The notes under the pieces were generated by a model, which saw nothing but the letters and a program-made list of their open reading frames with translations, searched no databases and was not told the DNA's origin. DNA of 64,000 bases, from the IMG/VR virus record IMGVR_UViG_3300025437_000011, positions 1 to 64,000 of that record; one strand, 5' to 3'. This document shows positions 9,291 to 19,470 of this stretch, in pieces (the first letter of the stretch is position 1; the number at the start of each line of letters is the position of its first letter). Made by a program: the position numbers and the translations under genes. The DNA is from a virus.

Positions 9291-11273
9291 ATGATTATCG
9301 TTGAAGACTCCGCTAGAAATTTTAATTTAAATGATTTAGAGTATAGTCCCGGTAAACAAATTAACTTGTGTGCTTTTGAGGTTACAAATAAAGATTCCGA
9401 TGAGAAGCTTTTAGTGAGTTCTAATCTAAAAAATATTGCCCCTATAGAAGGTGCGGGTGTAAAACTTACTATGCACGATAATTTCAAGTATCATTCTGTC
9501 TTTGATGGTATCATTGTTCAGGCGAAAATTGCCGAAGACCAAGACAAATATTTAGCAACTGCTTCTATTAATCAACTAAAACAATTTCTTCCCACTCATA
9601 TTAACCTAGATGTTAACAAGGATTTAATGGCAGTAGCTTTTGATGCTTTTGTAGTTAATCGCGGTAATAAGAATGGACACATTATTGGTAATGATGTTGC
9701 ATTTAATATGTTAAAGAATTTTGTTAATAAGCCCTTTAATATCGAGCATAATAGGAAAACAATTGTCGGCTTTTGTACTGGTTATGGATTTAGTTCTTTC
9801 GGCTCTAGTCAGCCGCTAACCTCAGAACAAGTCCAAGATACAAATGAACCGTTCAACGTTGTTCTTTCTGGTTTTGTTTGGAAGGTTGCCAATCCAGAAT
9901 TTGCAGAAGAGCTTGCCGAGAGTAGTGATCCTAGTTCACCAAAGTATCTTTCTGTAAGTGCAAGTTGGGAATTAGGTTTCAATGAATTCAATGTTGCCAA
10001 GGGTAGTAAGAATTTAAATGAGGCGACTATTGTTGATGAGCCAGATACAATCATGGCAATGAAAGATGATCTAAAAGTATTTGGTGGAAGTGGTTTTCAT
10101 CAAGATGGACAGCCAATTTATTTGAATCTACAGGGTTCTGTTCTTCCTCTCGGTATCGGCTTTACAAATAACCCGGCCGCAGAAGTAAAGGGCGTTCTAG
10201 TTCGTGATGAGGCTGAAGACTATAAGGCTAAAGCAAATTTAAATGATATTAATAACAAAAAAAGTGTCCACTCTAATATACAAGATGTAAAAAACAACAT
10301 GCAAATCAACAAGCTTGAAGATATCACCGATGAGGCTATCAAGGAACTAACAGCAAGTGCAGTGCGCGAATTTATTTCGAGTAAGATCGCTGAACATGCA
10401 AAAGATTGGTCAGCCAAAGTAAACGAAAAAGAAACTTCGCTAGAGGCTGCGGTTGCCGAGGCAACAGCGCTAAAGACTGATCTAGAATCAATCAAGGCAG
10501 AAGTTGCCGCAATGCAACAGGCTATCAAGGCTAATGAGATTGCAGCTAATTTCCAACGCCGCATGAGTCTAATCGACGAAGAGTTCAATCTAACCGATGC
10601 TGATCGTGAGATCATTGCTGAAGATCTAAACGCTATTGAGAACGACGAGGCTTTCACAAAATGGTATAACCGTTTCGCAGTTTTAGCTTCCGGCAAGAAA
10701 AAGTCTGAGCGCGAGTCTGTTGACCAGCAAGAGCTTGTAGAGGGTGCAGACAAGATCAAGGATGGGGGTTCAAATAGGGCCGAGGTTTCTCCTGCAAAGA
10801 ATGCCCCTAACAAGACAGCACAAAAAATTAAAAATGACAAGGATGTAAGTGCTGATGATGAAGCAATGGCTGATGAGGAAAATGAGTTTGCCGGATCCAA
10901 GGCAAAAGCCGATAAGAAAGATAAAGAAATGGACAACGGCCCAGTTACAGCAACAGCTGGTGAGGGTTCTGTTGAAACAAACGATGAAGTTTCAAAACAC
11001 TATAATTATTCCGAGCAAAAATATAAAAAGCCAGCTGGCTTCCCAGAGAGTAATGTTGAGTCACTAGAGAAATATGAGTCTCAAGAACACAATCCACTCA
11101 AGACTCTTCCTGAAGTTGGAGAGAACGCCCTTGCAAGTAAGGTTGCAAAGATTGTTGCCTCAGTTCAAGTTGAGGAACAGCTAATTCCTAACTCCATGAG
11201 TCCCGCTCAGGATTCACTGGTTCAAAAAATAAGTGCTGCTTTCAATAGAAACAGTGTAACATTTAATAAGTAA
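9291..11273 (+). CDS. Prohead protease fused to scaffolding domain
   Basis: NKNGH, PFNIEH..IVG (His) and SASWELGF (Ser) protease-like motifs, then long coiled-coil/acidic region; upstream of capsid genes. Confidence 0.7.
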   Translation: MIIVEDSARNFNLNDLEYSPGKQINLCAFEVTNKDSDEKLLVSSNLKNIAPIEGAGVKLTMHDNFKYHSVFDGIIVQAKIAEDQDKYLATASINQLKQFLPTHINLDVNKDLMAVAFDAFVVNRGNKNGHIIGNDVAFNMLKNFVNKPFNIEHNRKTIVGFCTGYGFSSFGSSQPLTSEQVQDTNEPFNVVLSGFVWKVANPEFAEELAESSDPSSPKYLSVSASWELGFNEFNVAKGSKNLNEATIVDEPDTIMAMKDDLKVFGGSGFHQDGQPIYLNLQGSVLPLGIGFTNNPAAEVKGVLVRDEAEDYKAKANLNDINNKKSVHSNIQDVKNNMQINKLEDITDEAIKELTASAVREFISSKIAEHAKDWSAKVNEKETSLEAAVAEATALKTDLESIKAEVAAMQQAIKANEIAANFQRRMSLIDEEFNLTDADREIIAEDLNAIENDEAFTKWYNRFAVLASGKKKSERESVDQQELVEGADKIKDGGSNRAEVSPAKNAPNKTAQKIKNDKDVSADDEAMADEENEFAGSKAKADKKDKEMDNGPVTATAGEGSVETNDEVSKHYNYSEQKYKKPAGFPESNVESLEKYESQEHNPLKTLPEVGENALASKVAKIVASVQVEEQLIPNSMSPAQDSLVQKISAAFNRNSVTFNK

Positions 11274-11330
11274 AAATTTCAGATAAGCAATTATCTAAAA
11301 ACAAACAAAAAAACAACATAACAAAAATTT

Positions 11331-11906
11331 ATGCCAAACCTAAAACCATTCAGAGATTACAACGAACACGATGTAATCAATCTATTCACGGTAACGGGCC
11401 AGTCCTTCCTATCGAAGGGCACATTCGTTACTGCCGCTTCAAGTGGTGTTAACCTAAGAGATGACGAGACTGTTAACAATCTCTCCATCTATGGTAACTC
11501 CGTTTCCGCCCTATTCACTCCAGCTTGGTCACTAGCTGTTGCCCCTTCTGGTGCTACAAGGAACCAAGTTATTGGTGCGACTCTAAAGGATTTCCGCACA
11601 ACGGATGAAAACGGTGAAGTTCTACTTTTCCACCCTCGCAAGGCTGCTGAGATGGATGTGATCATCAGTGGACAGGCAATGCCTGTTGTCACAAAGGGTC
11701 TATTCCTTTACAGTGGTATCAGTACTGGTACTTATGGTAACCCAAGCTTCGGCTCTGGTTTCGCCACCGCTGATGCTAATGACGGATCAATCAAGGTTGC
11801 TCCTTACTACAACACAGGCACAAGCAGTATTGCAAGTAACGTTCTAGGTAAGTTTCTAGGCCCTATCAACCAAGACGGCTTCGCCCTAATCAAGATCGAG
11901 CTATAA
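11331..11906 (+). CDS. Capsid decoration/cement protein
   Basis: Between scaffold and major capsid gene; shares the capsid-type codon usage; ends LGKFLG...ALIKIEL. Confidence 0.6.
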   Translation: MPNLKPFRDYNEHDVINLFTVTGQSFLSKGTFVTAASSGVNLRDDETVNNLSIYGNSVSALFTPAWSLAVAPSGATRNQVIGATLKDFRTTDENGEVLLFHPRKAAEMDVIISGQAMPVVTKGLFLYSGISTGTYGNPSFGSGFATADANDGSIKVAPYYNTGTSSIASNVLGKFLGPINQDGFALIKIEL

Positions 11907-11934
11907 TCTTAACCATTAACCAAAACAAATTTAT

Positions 11935-13101
11935 ATGAAAATTCAATTTGAAAAAAACCCAGAGCAGATCGAGCTAATCAAGGCACTTGCATCTGAAAAC
12001 AAAACAGTTGCAATGCAGGCTCAGGAAGCTTTCGCGGCTTTCATTAGTGACGTAGTTCTTCAAGTTCTACTACAGGCTGGTACAGCTAGCATGATCTATC
12101 GTGACATCGAGTTCGATGAGGACGATTCTCCATCAATCCCTCTTGACCTATACTATGGACAAGGTGAGGGCTCAATCAGTGTCTGGAGTCAGACAGTTGG
12201 TGGTGGCCTACCTACATCCCTACAACAGGGTCTACAAGAAATGAAGATCAACACCTATCGTCTAGATAGTGCGATCTCCATGGAAAAACGCTATGTCCGC
12301 CGCGCACGTCTTGACGTTGTTGCTGCTGGTCTAGAGCGTATGGCTAACGAACTTCTTGTTAAGCAAGAGCGTAATGCATGGGCAGTTATCCTAAAGGCAG
12401 CTGCCGAAGCAACAACTGCAACAAACGTAATTGGTGGAACAGTCCAGAATCACGTTATCCGATCAGTAAGTGACGGTGTCTTTGATATTGACACATTAAA
12501 CAAGCTATGGACAACAGTTCGTAGAATCAATGCCGCTTACACAGGTGGTACTCCTCTAAATCTACAGGCTCGTGGTCTAACCGATCTATTCGTAAGTCCT
12601 GAGGTTAAGGAGCAGATTCGCGGATTTGCTTATCAGCCAATGAACACACGTGGAGCTAACGGAGTAGCTGGAACAAACACAAGTGGTGTTCTAGGCCTTC
12701 CTAACTCCGTGCGCGAAGAGATCTTCCGTGGTAGTGGAACACAGGAAATCTTCGGTGTAACAATCCATGAGCTACTTGAGCTTGGTCTAAATAGAAAGTA
12801 CAATACTCTATTCGGAACCTTTGCACAAGCTAAAGGTCTAACCTATCAGTCTGCTGATTCGGGTCACACAAATAGTTCGACTTGGAATGGAACAGGTAGT
12901 GATGAATTAATCATCGGTATCGACGCAACACGTAACGCTTTCCTTCGCCCAGTTGCGATCCAGAGCGAGAGTCGTGGACAGGTCAAGGTTCTTCCTGATG
13001 ACCAGTTCCTAGCACGTAGTCAGAAGGTTGGCTTCTACAGTTATGTGGAAGAGGGCCGTGTCTGCTCCGATGCTCGTGGTGTTGTAGGCGTTCTTCTATA
13101 A
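11935..13101 (+). CDS. Major capsid protein
   Basis: 388 aa after protease/decoration genes, strongest codon bias in the window, followed by an intrinsic terminator. Confidence 0.8.
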   Translation: MKIQFEKNPEQIELIKALASENKTVAMQAQEAFAAFISDVVLQVLLQAGTASMIYRDIEFDEDDSPSIPLDLYYGQGEGSISVWSQTVGGGLPTSLQQGLQEMKINTYRLDSAISMEKRYVRRARLDVVAAGLERMANELLVKQERNAWAVILKAAAEATTATNVIGGTVQNHVIRSVSDGVFDIDTLNKLWTTVRRINAAYTGGTPLNLQARGLTDLFVSPEVKEQIRGFAYQPMNTRGANGVAGTNTSGVLGLPNSVREEIFRGSGTQEIFGVTIHELLELGLNRKYNTLFGTFAQAKGLTYQSADSGHTNSSTWNGTGSDELIIGIDATRNAFLRPVAIQSESRGQVKVLPDDQFLARSQKVGFYSYVEEGRVCSDARGVVGVLL

Positions 13102-13123
13102 TATTTAGAGAACATAAAATTAG

Positions 13124-13154
13124 AAAGCCCCCAGCGATGGGGGCTTTTTCTTTT
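13124..13154 (+). terminator. Rho-independent terminator after major capsid gene
   Basis: Stem aaagccccca / tgggggcttt with GCGA tetraloop and T-tract. Confidence 0.9.
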
Positions 13155-13199
13155 CTATAATTAATTTATATTTATATTCTTATATAAGTTATAATCTAT

Positions 13200-13571
13200 A
13201 TGACCAAGAAAACTAAAAAAACAGTTACTCTAGAAACCTCTGCGCAAATCGACGGAAAGGCTCAGGAGGGTAATTCTACCATTATGGGAACTCTCGATCA
13301 GATTATGGGGGAATCTATTTCTGTTTATAGCGCCGCAAGTCCAGAGCAATATATCTCCGAACTAGCAGAGATGAATCAGACAGATTTGCAGTCACATGCT
13401 TATAAGGTAGGACTAATTCCAATTGAAGATAGAAAGGTTCTTGTGGAAAGACTCGTGAAGGAATATCGCCTATGGGCATCTAGGAATTCTGTTATTAGCG
13501 CCCAACCATCTAATATTCAAATAAATGATTTGAATAGTGAGGCAAGAAAGATTCTTAGAGAGGGAGCATAA
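13200..13571 (+). CDS. Hypothetical protein
   Basis: 123-aa ORF in operon orientation; no motif recognised. Confidence 0.6.
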   Translation: MTKKTKKTVTLETSAQIDGKAQEGNSTIMGTLDQIMGESISVYSAASPEQYISELAEMNQTDLQSHAYKVGLIPIEDRKVLVERLVKEYRLWASRNSVISAQPSNIQINDLNSEARKILREGA

Positions 13572-13582
13572 GTTTCCAATCT

Positions 13583-13588
13583 GTGTAA
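13583..13588 (+). promoter_or_regulatory. GTGTAA candidate late-promoter element upstream of neck genes
   Basis: GTGTAAaatagtat, 8 nt before GTG 13597; nearly identical context to 7554. Confidence 0.6.
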
Positions 13589-13596
13589 AATAGTAT

Positions 13597-14151
13597 GTGA
13601 ACGACCCATTTACATGCTTTGTTAATAACGTATATAGAGAGCTAGATTATCCGCCCGACTATACAACCGCAAGAATTAGTGGCTGGTTTTTAGATTCTGC
13701 TAATGTCGGTCAGTTAAATAACCTAATTGGTAGTAGTTACACACCTAGCGTGTTAACTAATTCGAGCGGTAGTGTAACTGGATATTTAATTACTCCAGTA
13801 ATAAGTGGAAATGAGTTGGGCATTTATAAAATGTTATTCAACTATAATTATTATTTTCATTTAGCCAGAACTGTTGCGGTGAGTGCAACCAGAGTTGGGC
13901 AAGATTGGGTTTCCATGCAAGAGGGCGAAAGTAAAATTACGCGCGTTAATAAAAATGAGATTAGTAAAAATTTACGCGCACTAGCTAAAGACTCAAAAGA
14001 AACTCTTGATAAAGCTGTTAAAATGTATCTCAAATATGGCGCAACGCCAATGCAGATTGCTGGTGATGATTATATTGGTATAAGTAATTACATATCTCTA
14101 AACTGGGATAGAAATATGGATAACCAAAATGGTGATGAATATATCTACTAA
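13597..14151 (+). CDS. Putative head-tail adaptor
   Basis: First of four small genes between capsid and tail tube; WVSMQEGESKITR strand motif; positional call. Confidence 0.5.
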   Translation: MNDPFTCFVNNVYRELDYPPDYTTARISGWFLDSANVGQLNNLIGSSYTPSVLTNSSGSVTGYLITPVISGNELGIYKMLFNYNYYFHLARTVAVSATRVGQDWVSMQEGESKITRVNKNEISKNLRALAKDSKETLDKAVKMYLKYGATPMQIAGDDYIGISNYISLNWDRNMDNQNGDEYIY

Positions 14152-14156
14152 ATAAA

Positions 14157-14588
14157 ATGAATTATTTAACCACAGCGGAAAAAAGTGCTTATAGTAAGGT
14201 ATTCTATGACCTTCATGATACTTTTTCTCGTAATATTGTTGTTTGGAAGCATGCTGGTACTACATTGATTTCCACTACTCCCGACTATAATTTTTTATAT
14301 TCTCAAGTTCAACCCTCTATAAATGTTCAGTATACTCCTGTTAGCGGAGTGTTTCCCGCTAGAATTAAATGGGAGCATGGTTGGAAGATTGCTGATGCAA
14401 GGGATGTTCGTCCTACAATACGTGGTAACTATGTAAATATAAAAGTTAAATATGATGCACTTTCTTGGATTAGTGGTGCGGATCGTATTGTTATTGATGG
14501 TAGGCCTGTTAATTGGATCGGCGCATCTGAATTGCATGGATTATTTACCGGAGATTTCTGGAGTTTATATCTAAAGGAGAGCGAATAA
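14157..14588 (+). CDS. Putative head closure (stopper) protein
   Basis: Size, beta-rich ADRIVIDG segment and position. Confidence 0.5.
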   Translation: MNYLTTAEKSAYSKVFYDLHDTFSRNIVVWKHAGTTLISTTPDYNFLYSQVQPSINVQYTPVSGVFPARIKWEHGWKIADARDVRPTIRGNYVNIKVKYDALSWISGADRIVIDGRPVNWIGASELHGLFTGDFWSLYLKESE

Positions 14589-14589
14589 T

Positions 14590-15165
14590 ATGGCGCATGG
14601 AATTAATTTATCGGAATTTAGAAAAAATATACTTTCCAATGAGGAGGTTATGCTTGCGGCTAGAAAAGAAGCTGAAATAGTAGTAAAGAAACAAAAAGAA
14701 ATCTTAATAACAGAATTTAATGAAAGTGCTGTTACGCAAGAAATAGAGGCCGGGCCTGATGCTGCGAATAAATCCAATACATTAGCCGGAAAGGGGAATC
14801 TTTTTTCTTTTATTGGTTTTTCGGATTCTGACAATCCAGTAGTACCAGTTCGTGAACTATTAAATAGTATAAAATTAGCGCCCGGTGGAAAAACTGCTAC
14901 AGATGGCGTGATTGAATTTAAGGTAGAAATGCCGTCAAAAGAAGACTTTGAAGCTGTAACGAAAATGCCTTGGGAGAATGGGCGTAGTTGGCTGTTTGAA
15001 ATTGAGCGCGCTATTTCTGGTTTGGGAAATTATATTTATGGTCAATTTAAAAATTCTCGATCTGGAACCGGTCTTGAGGTTTCAACTTCTGTTACTGGTA
15101 AAACTTTTTCTCCAGTTCCATATTTCGGTACAATGCTAGAAAAATTTATTAAAAGTTTGAAATAA
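14590..15165 (+). CDS. Putative neck/tail completion protein
   Basis: Position in neck cluster; ends PYF..MLEKF. Confidence 0.45.
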   Translation: MAHGINLSEFRKNILSNEEVMLAARKEAEIVVKKQKEILITEFNESAVTQEIEAGPDAANKSNTLAGKGNLFSFIGFSDSDNPVVPVRELLNSIKLAPGGKTATDGVIEFKVEMPSKEDFEAVTKMPWENGRSWLFEIERAISGLGNYIYGQFKNSRSGTGLEVSTSVTGKTFSPVPYFGTMLEKFIKSLK

Positions 15166-15166
15166 G

Positions 15167-16039
15167 ATGAATGTTAATACGTATATACCTAGTTTGATGT
15201 CAAGTTTTTATTTATGGCTAGACCATGAAATACTTCAGCGTGGGACTGCTTTTACGGTATATAGCGGAGCCATGTATTCTGGCGCTGATTATAATTATGC
15301 TCAATATACAACTTTCACATCTCCATTTAGACAATGGGTTTCTGATAGTAGTGTGACTGGTGCAGTAATTCCTAGCGGAGTATATGTTGGCGGAAATTTT
15401 ATTCCTAGGGGGGTAAGCGGTTTGGCGCTTAATTTTAATAAGGCTGAAGCTATTTTTAGTGGATCAGTAAATCCAAAAACAACAAATGTTAGCGCGCAAT
15501 ATTCGGTAAAGGATTTTAATATTTACTATACGGATGAGCGCGAAGAGAATTTACTTTTTGAAAATAGGGCATATTTAAAACCAAAATTTAATAGTATAAC
15601 CGGAGGACTTTTGCCAGATGATCAGCCGTATCCTTGTATTTATATAAAAAATACATCTTATGAAAATAGACCGTTCACGTTTGGTGGACAAGATCAAACA
15701 AGGACTACTATTCGTTGTATTATTATTTCTGATAGTATTTATTTGCTTGACGGTGCAATTTCTATTATGGCAGATACTGTAAGAAAAGTATTTCCAATTA
15801 TTCCAAACTCTGGAATTCCATATAATTATTTTGGAGATTTTAAATCTGGTGCATCTTATAATTATACTGGACTAGCTTATTATTGTCAACAAACATTTCC
15901 TAATAATGATGTTTATATTGATCGCGTTACGGTTTCTAGATTAGATGAAATTAGAAACAAACACATTAACCTAAAGACGGTAGCTGCGATGGTAGACTTT
16001 GATTTATGGCAGGGTAGATACCCAAGACAATATAACTAA
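15167..16039 (+). CDS. Putative tail terminator protein
   Basis: Immediately before tail tube; YPCIYI motif common in tail terminators. Confidence 0.5.
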   Translation: MNVNTYIPSLMSSFYLWLDHEILQRGTAFTVYSGAMYSGADYNYAQYTTFTSPFRQWVSDSSVTGAVIPSGVYVGGNFIPRGVSGLALNFNKAEAIFSGSVNPKTTNVSAQYSVKDFNIYYTDEREENLLFENRAYLKPKFNSITGGLLPDDQPYPCIYIKNTSYENRPFTFGGQDQTRTTIRCIIISDSIYLLDGAISIMADTVRKVFPIIPNSGIPYNYFGDFKSGASYNYTGLAYYCQQTFPNNDVYIDRVTVSRLDEIRNKHINLKTVAAMVDFDLWQGRYPRQYN

Positions 16040-16106
16040 AATTTATTTATTTAAAGTGTCTCAATTCAACTGTACGCTGTAATTATAACTATAACCTAAA
16101 AAAAAT

Positions 16107-17312
16107 ATGGCAATACCCTCTACTAGAAATCGTATTATTTATAACGCACTTAACCTTTATGTAGGTCAAGTAGATCCTGTTACTGGAAATCATACTACAG
16201 CTGGAAGTGTTAAGCAATTAACTCGTATCCAGAGTTTTGATGAGGATTTTTCACGTAGCTTAACTGATATTAATCAATATGGACAGTTAGCCGCTATTGA
16301 TCGTATTGACTTACAGGCACCTATGGTTAAGGCAAACTTTTCTTACCTATTAACCGATGGTAGTAATGAAGATTTTATTGGTTTCGACGTTAATACTGGT
16401 CAGGGAACTTATTCCTGTATTTCTGGTATTCTTAACAATAATAGTGATGTTTATAACTATTTCCTAACAATTGCCGATGAGGGTAATGATGCTATTGGAT
16501 ATAAGGGTATAAATACTGGTGTTATTGGTATTGGAAATGCTTATGTTACTTCTTATGGAGTTGAGGCTGCAGTTGGACAACTTCCAAAGGCAACTGTTTC
16601 TTTAGAGGGGTTAAATATTAATGTTCTATACCCAATGCAGGGTAATGGTTATGACCAACTTCCAGCTGTAAGTCCCGCAAACGGTATTCCCGTGACTGGT
16701 GGATTTACACTACCTGTCGGGGCTGGTAATAATTCTGCAACCCAAGTCACTGCGCTACAGCCTGGTCAAATGACTCTTGCAATTAGTGGCGTTATGGGCT
16801 TTTCAAGTACAGATCTTAAAATTCAAAACTTTAAGCTTAATCTTCCTTTAACACGTAAGCCTATCCTAAAGCTAGGTAGCAAGTTTGCAACAACTCGTGT
16901 TATCGACTTCCCCGTTAAGGCGACTTTCTCAATTGATGCCGAAATCGGTTCTCTATATACTGGCGGCGCTCCTTATAATGCGACTCCATATACCGGACAG
17001 TTTGGAACAACTGGTGTTCCCGCTTGGGATCTTGCTTCAATTGAAAATAACCAGAGTATCAACAATCTTGCAAACGTTCTTTGCGATACTGGTGTTTACA
17101 ATCTACAGGTTGCATTCCAGAATCCTAATTGCGCTGGAACGGGCGCTAATGCACTTGTTTACCAGTTCAATAACTGCCGTTTAATGAGCCAGAAAGTATC
17201 TACTTCAATTGGATCTAACGCAAAACTAACTGCCGAATGGGAAGCACAGCTTGGTGGCCCTCAGGATTTAGTCAACGGTGTGTTTATCTCTGGTAGTTAT
17301 CCAGCACTATAA
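16107..17312 (+). CDS. Major tail tube protein
   Basis: After neck genes, before chaperones and tape measure; beta-rich; followed by strong terminator. Confidence 0.7.
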   Translation: MAIPSTRNRIIYNALNLYVGQVDPVTGNHTTAGSVKQLTRIQSFDEDFSRSLTDINQYGQLAAIDRIDLQAPMVKANFSYLLTDGSNEDFIGFDVNTGQGTYSCISGILNNNSDVYNYFLTIADEGNDAIGYKGINTGVIGIGNAYVTSYGVEAAVGQLPKATVSLEGLNINVLYPMQGNGYDQLPAVSPANGIPVTGGFTLPVGAGNNSATQVTALQPGQMTLAISGVMGFSSTDLKIQNFKLNLPLTRKPILKLGSKFATTRVIDFPVKATFSIDAEIGSLYTGGAPYNATPYTGQFGTTGVPAWDLASIENNQSINNLANVLCDTGVYNLQVAFQNPNCAGTGANALVYQFNNCRLMSQKVSTSIGSNAKLTAEWEAQLGGPQDLVNGVFISGSYPAL

Positions 17313-17339
17313 TAGATAAATAAAGTTAATTAAAGTATT

Positions 17340-17367
17340 GGGCACCTTCGGGTGCCCTTTATTTTTT
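17340..17367 (+). terminator. Rho-independent terminator after tail tube gene
   Basis: gggcacc-ttcg-ggtgccc hairpin followed by tttatttttt. Confidence 0.9.
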
Positions 17368-17371
17368 ATAA

Positions 17372-17377
17372 GTGTAA
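17372..17377 (+). promoter_or_regulatory. GTGTAA candidate late-promoter element directly after the terminator
   Basis: Placed where transcription must re-initiate. Confidence 0.6.
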
Positions 17378-17423
17378 TAGAATTTGGTATAATAAGGTTA
17401 GTTAAAAGGTTAAAGGTTTAAAA

Positions 17424-17654
17424 ATGAATGTAGACATTAATAATTTTGTCGTTGCCGCCGTTACTGGTGAAATCAAGAAGCTTTATCTTTCTTTCCTTTA
17501 TTCATCCGAAGATTTAGTTAAGGGCGGAAAATTAAGTGAAGAAGATTATCAATGGTTAAGGAAGAGAATTCTTGACTATGGAAATAACTCTATTCGCAAT
17601 TTAGAAGTACAACTAAATAGTTTTGATTTTAGTTTTAAACAAAAAGATAATTAA
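17424..17654 (+). CDS. Hypothetical protein
   Basis: 76-aa ORF in operon orientation. Confidence 0.6.
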   Translation: MNVDINNFVVAAVTGEIKKLYLSFLYSSEDLVKGGKLSEEDYQWLRKRILDYGNNSIRNLEVQLNSFDFSFKQKDN

Positions 17655-17660
17655 TATATT

Positions 17661-18371
17661 ATGGAAAACAATAAAAAGTGGTACTACCAATTTGATGCCG
17701 AAAAAGAAATTAAAAATGAAGATGGAACTACTTCAAAAGAAATTTCTAAATTCGCGATTCTAAAGCCTAATCGTCGTACTCGTGAAGATGGAGAGTTATT
17801 TTACGCCAGCGAAACCTCGCGTTTCGCAAAGGCTGGAGTTCTCCCAAAGGCCGCTTGGAATACAATTTTATCAAATGGCGGCGGAACAATTAGTGATGAT
17901 GATCGTGAGATTTATGGAAAAATTCTTGCCGATTTTCGTAGTAAGAGTTTTGAGTTACAGTCGCTATTAATTAAGACAGATGGAGAAAGAACTGAGCAGG
18001 AAAAAGCCCAGTTAGATTCCCTAACGGTTGATCTTGAAGAAATCAGAAAAAAGATTCAAAGTTTTGAGTCTCAGCAAATTAATATTTTTGAGAATACCGC
18101 CGAAGCAAAGGCAAGAAATCGCACTATTCTTTGGTGGGTTACTAACTTGGCTTATAAGAGTGTTGACGGCAATTATGTCCCAATGTTTGATGCGGCAACT
18201 CTTGACGAAAAACTAGACCTATATGATGAGCTTGAGCAGGCGGACGATGGAGGTTTCTTAATGAACGTTTTACAAAAAATTACTTATTTGGTTACCCTGT
18301 GGTTCTTGGGCCGGGCTGAAACTCCCGAAGACTTTGAACGGCTCGATAAAAGTTTAACGGAGAATAAGTAA
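17661..18371 (+). CDS. Putative tail assembly chaperone
   Basis: Acidic helical protein between tail tube and tape measure genes. Confidence 0.5.
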   Translation: MENNKKWYYQFDAEKEIKNEDGTTSKEISKFAILKPNRRTREDGELFYASETSRFAKAGVLPKAAWNTILSNGGGTISDDDREIYGKILADFRSKSFELQSLLIKTDGERTEQEKAQLDSLTVDLEEIRKKIQSFESQQINIFENTAEAKARNRTILWWVTNLAYKSVDGNYVPMFDAATLDEKLDLYDELEQADDGGFLMNVLQKITYLVTLWFLGRAETPEDFERLDKSLTENK

Positions 18372-18372
18372 T

Positions 18373-19431
18373 GTGCAACAAATTGAGTATAGTCGCGCAT
18401 ATGCAGAAATAACTCGCGCCTATTCCGAAACGATCATTGATGGTCGTTCCTATTTTTTTAAACATCCCACTCAAATAGAAAATTTTGATATCTATGATAG
18501 GTATCATGCTATTTGTGAACATGCAAAACTGAAAGGACTTCAAACTGAAGATCAAAAAATTGAAACAGCTATAGCTGGCGGTTGGTGGACAAGACAAAAA
18601 GAAGACCATATTGAACAATTAAAAACAATAATTAAAAATCTTCATACCACAAAAGAAAGATTATTATTGCCATCTCAAAAAAAAGATGTTGAAAGACAGA
18701 TAGAAAGAAATGAAATGATCTTACTATCTTACGGCAGGGAAAGGCGCGAGGCAGTTGGATACACTGTAGAGCAATATGCCAATGAACGCTTTCAGGATGA
18801 AACGATACTAAAACTAACCTATAAAAATAGAGAACTAACTGAGTTGGTGTTTGGCAAGCAAGATGAATATTACTATTTATCTGATGACATCGTGGACAAG
18901 ATAAGAAAGGGCTTTGATGCACATGCGGCAGTTCTTTCTGTTAAAAATATTAAATTAGTAGCCGCGACGGGATTTTTTCAAAACTTATTATATATTGCGG
19001 AAACTGACCCCTTTAATTTTTGGGGTAAGCCAGTGGCGCATTGTAGTAAGTATCAAATTGATCTTTTGATATATGGTAAGATGATTAAAAATTTAATTAA
19101 ATACCGTGCGGAAAGCGGAGACGCTTTGAGTGATGAAACGCTTTCAGATCCGGAAAAGTTAGTGGCAGTTATGGATGCCGGATCGGCAGCAAGTTCATCG
19201 TCGGGTTCAAGTTCAAGCTCAGCTGTAAATTCTGCCTTGAATTCAAATTCTGGCCAGTCAGAGGGAAATGTGGCAAAAGTTTCCAGTATAGTTGGGGCAA
19301 CATCTGAAGACCTAAAAAAAATGGGAGTTAAGATAGAAAAAATTGGTGGAAAAAGTTTATTAGATCTAGCAAAAGAAAATGGCGGAAAGCTTGACAAGGC
19401 TGATTATCTCAGTGCGCGACTGAGAATGTAA
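18373..19431 (+). CDS. Putative second tail assembly chaperone
   Basis: GTG start 1 nt after previous stop; directly upstream of tape measure; Ser-rich linker. Confidence 0.45.
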   Translation: MQQIEYSRAYAEITRAYSETIIDGRSYFFKHPTQIENFDIYDRYHAICEHAKLKGLQTEDQKIETAIAGGWWTRQKEDHIEQLKTIIKNLHTTKERLLLPSQKKDVERQIERNEMILLSYGRERREAVGYTVEQYANERFQDETILKLTYKNRELTELVFGKQDEYYYLSDDIVDKIRKGFDAHAAVLSVKNIKLVAATGFFQNLLYIAETDPFNFWGKPVAHCSKYQIDLLIYGKMIKNLIKYRAESGDALSDETLSDPEKLVAVMDAGSAASSSSGSSSSSAVNSALNSNSGQSEGNVAKVSSIVGATSEDLKKMGVKIEKIGGKSLLDLAKENGGKLDKADYLSARLRM

Positions 19432-19432
19432 T

Positions 19433-19438
19433 GTGTAA
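19433..19438 (+). promoter_or_regulatory. GTGTAA candidate late-promoter element upstream of tape measure gene
   Basis: Intergenic, 32 nt before ATG 19471. Confidence 0.55.
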
Positions 19439-19470
19439 ATATTAGTGAGCGTTTCGCTCGGAAAAAGGAT

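Noticed and set aside
10220-10936. 238-aa minus-strand ORF and other antisense or nested ORFs in the track (e.g. 4740-5102, 22956-23372, 46330-46806)
   Set aside because: They shadow well-supported genes on the opposite strand, have low-complexity Ser/Ala/Phe composition and show no motifs.
18340-18375. Programmed -1 frameshift between the two chaperone-like genes
   Set aside because: No canonical X XXY YYZ slippery heptamer recognised near the first stop, and the second ORF has its own GTG start.
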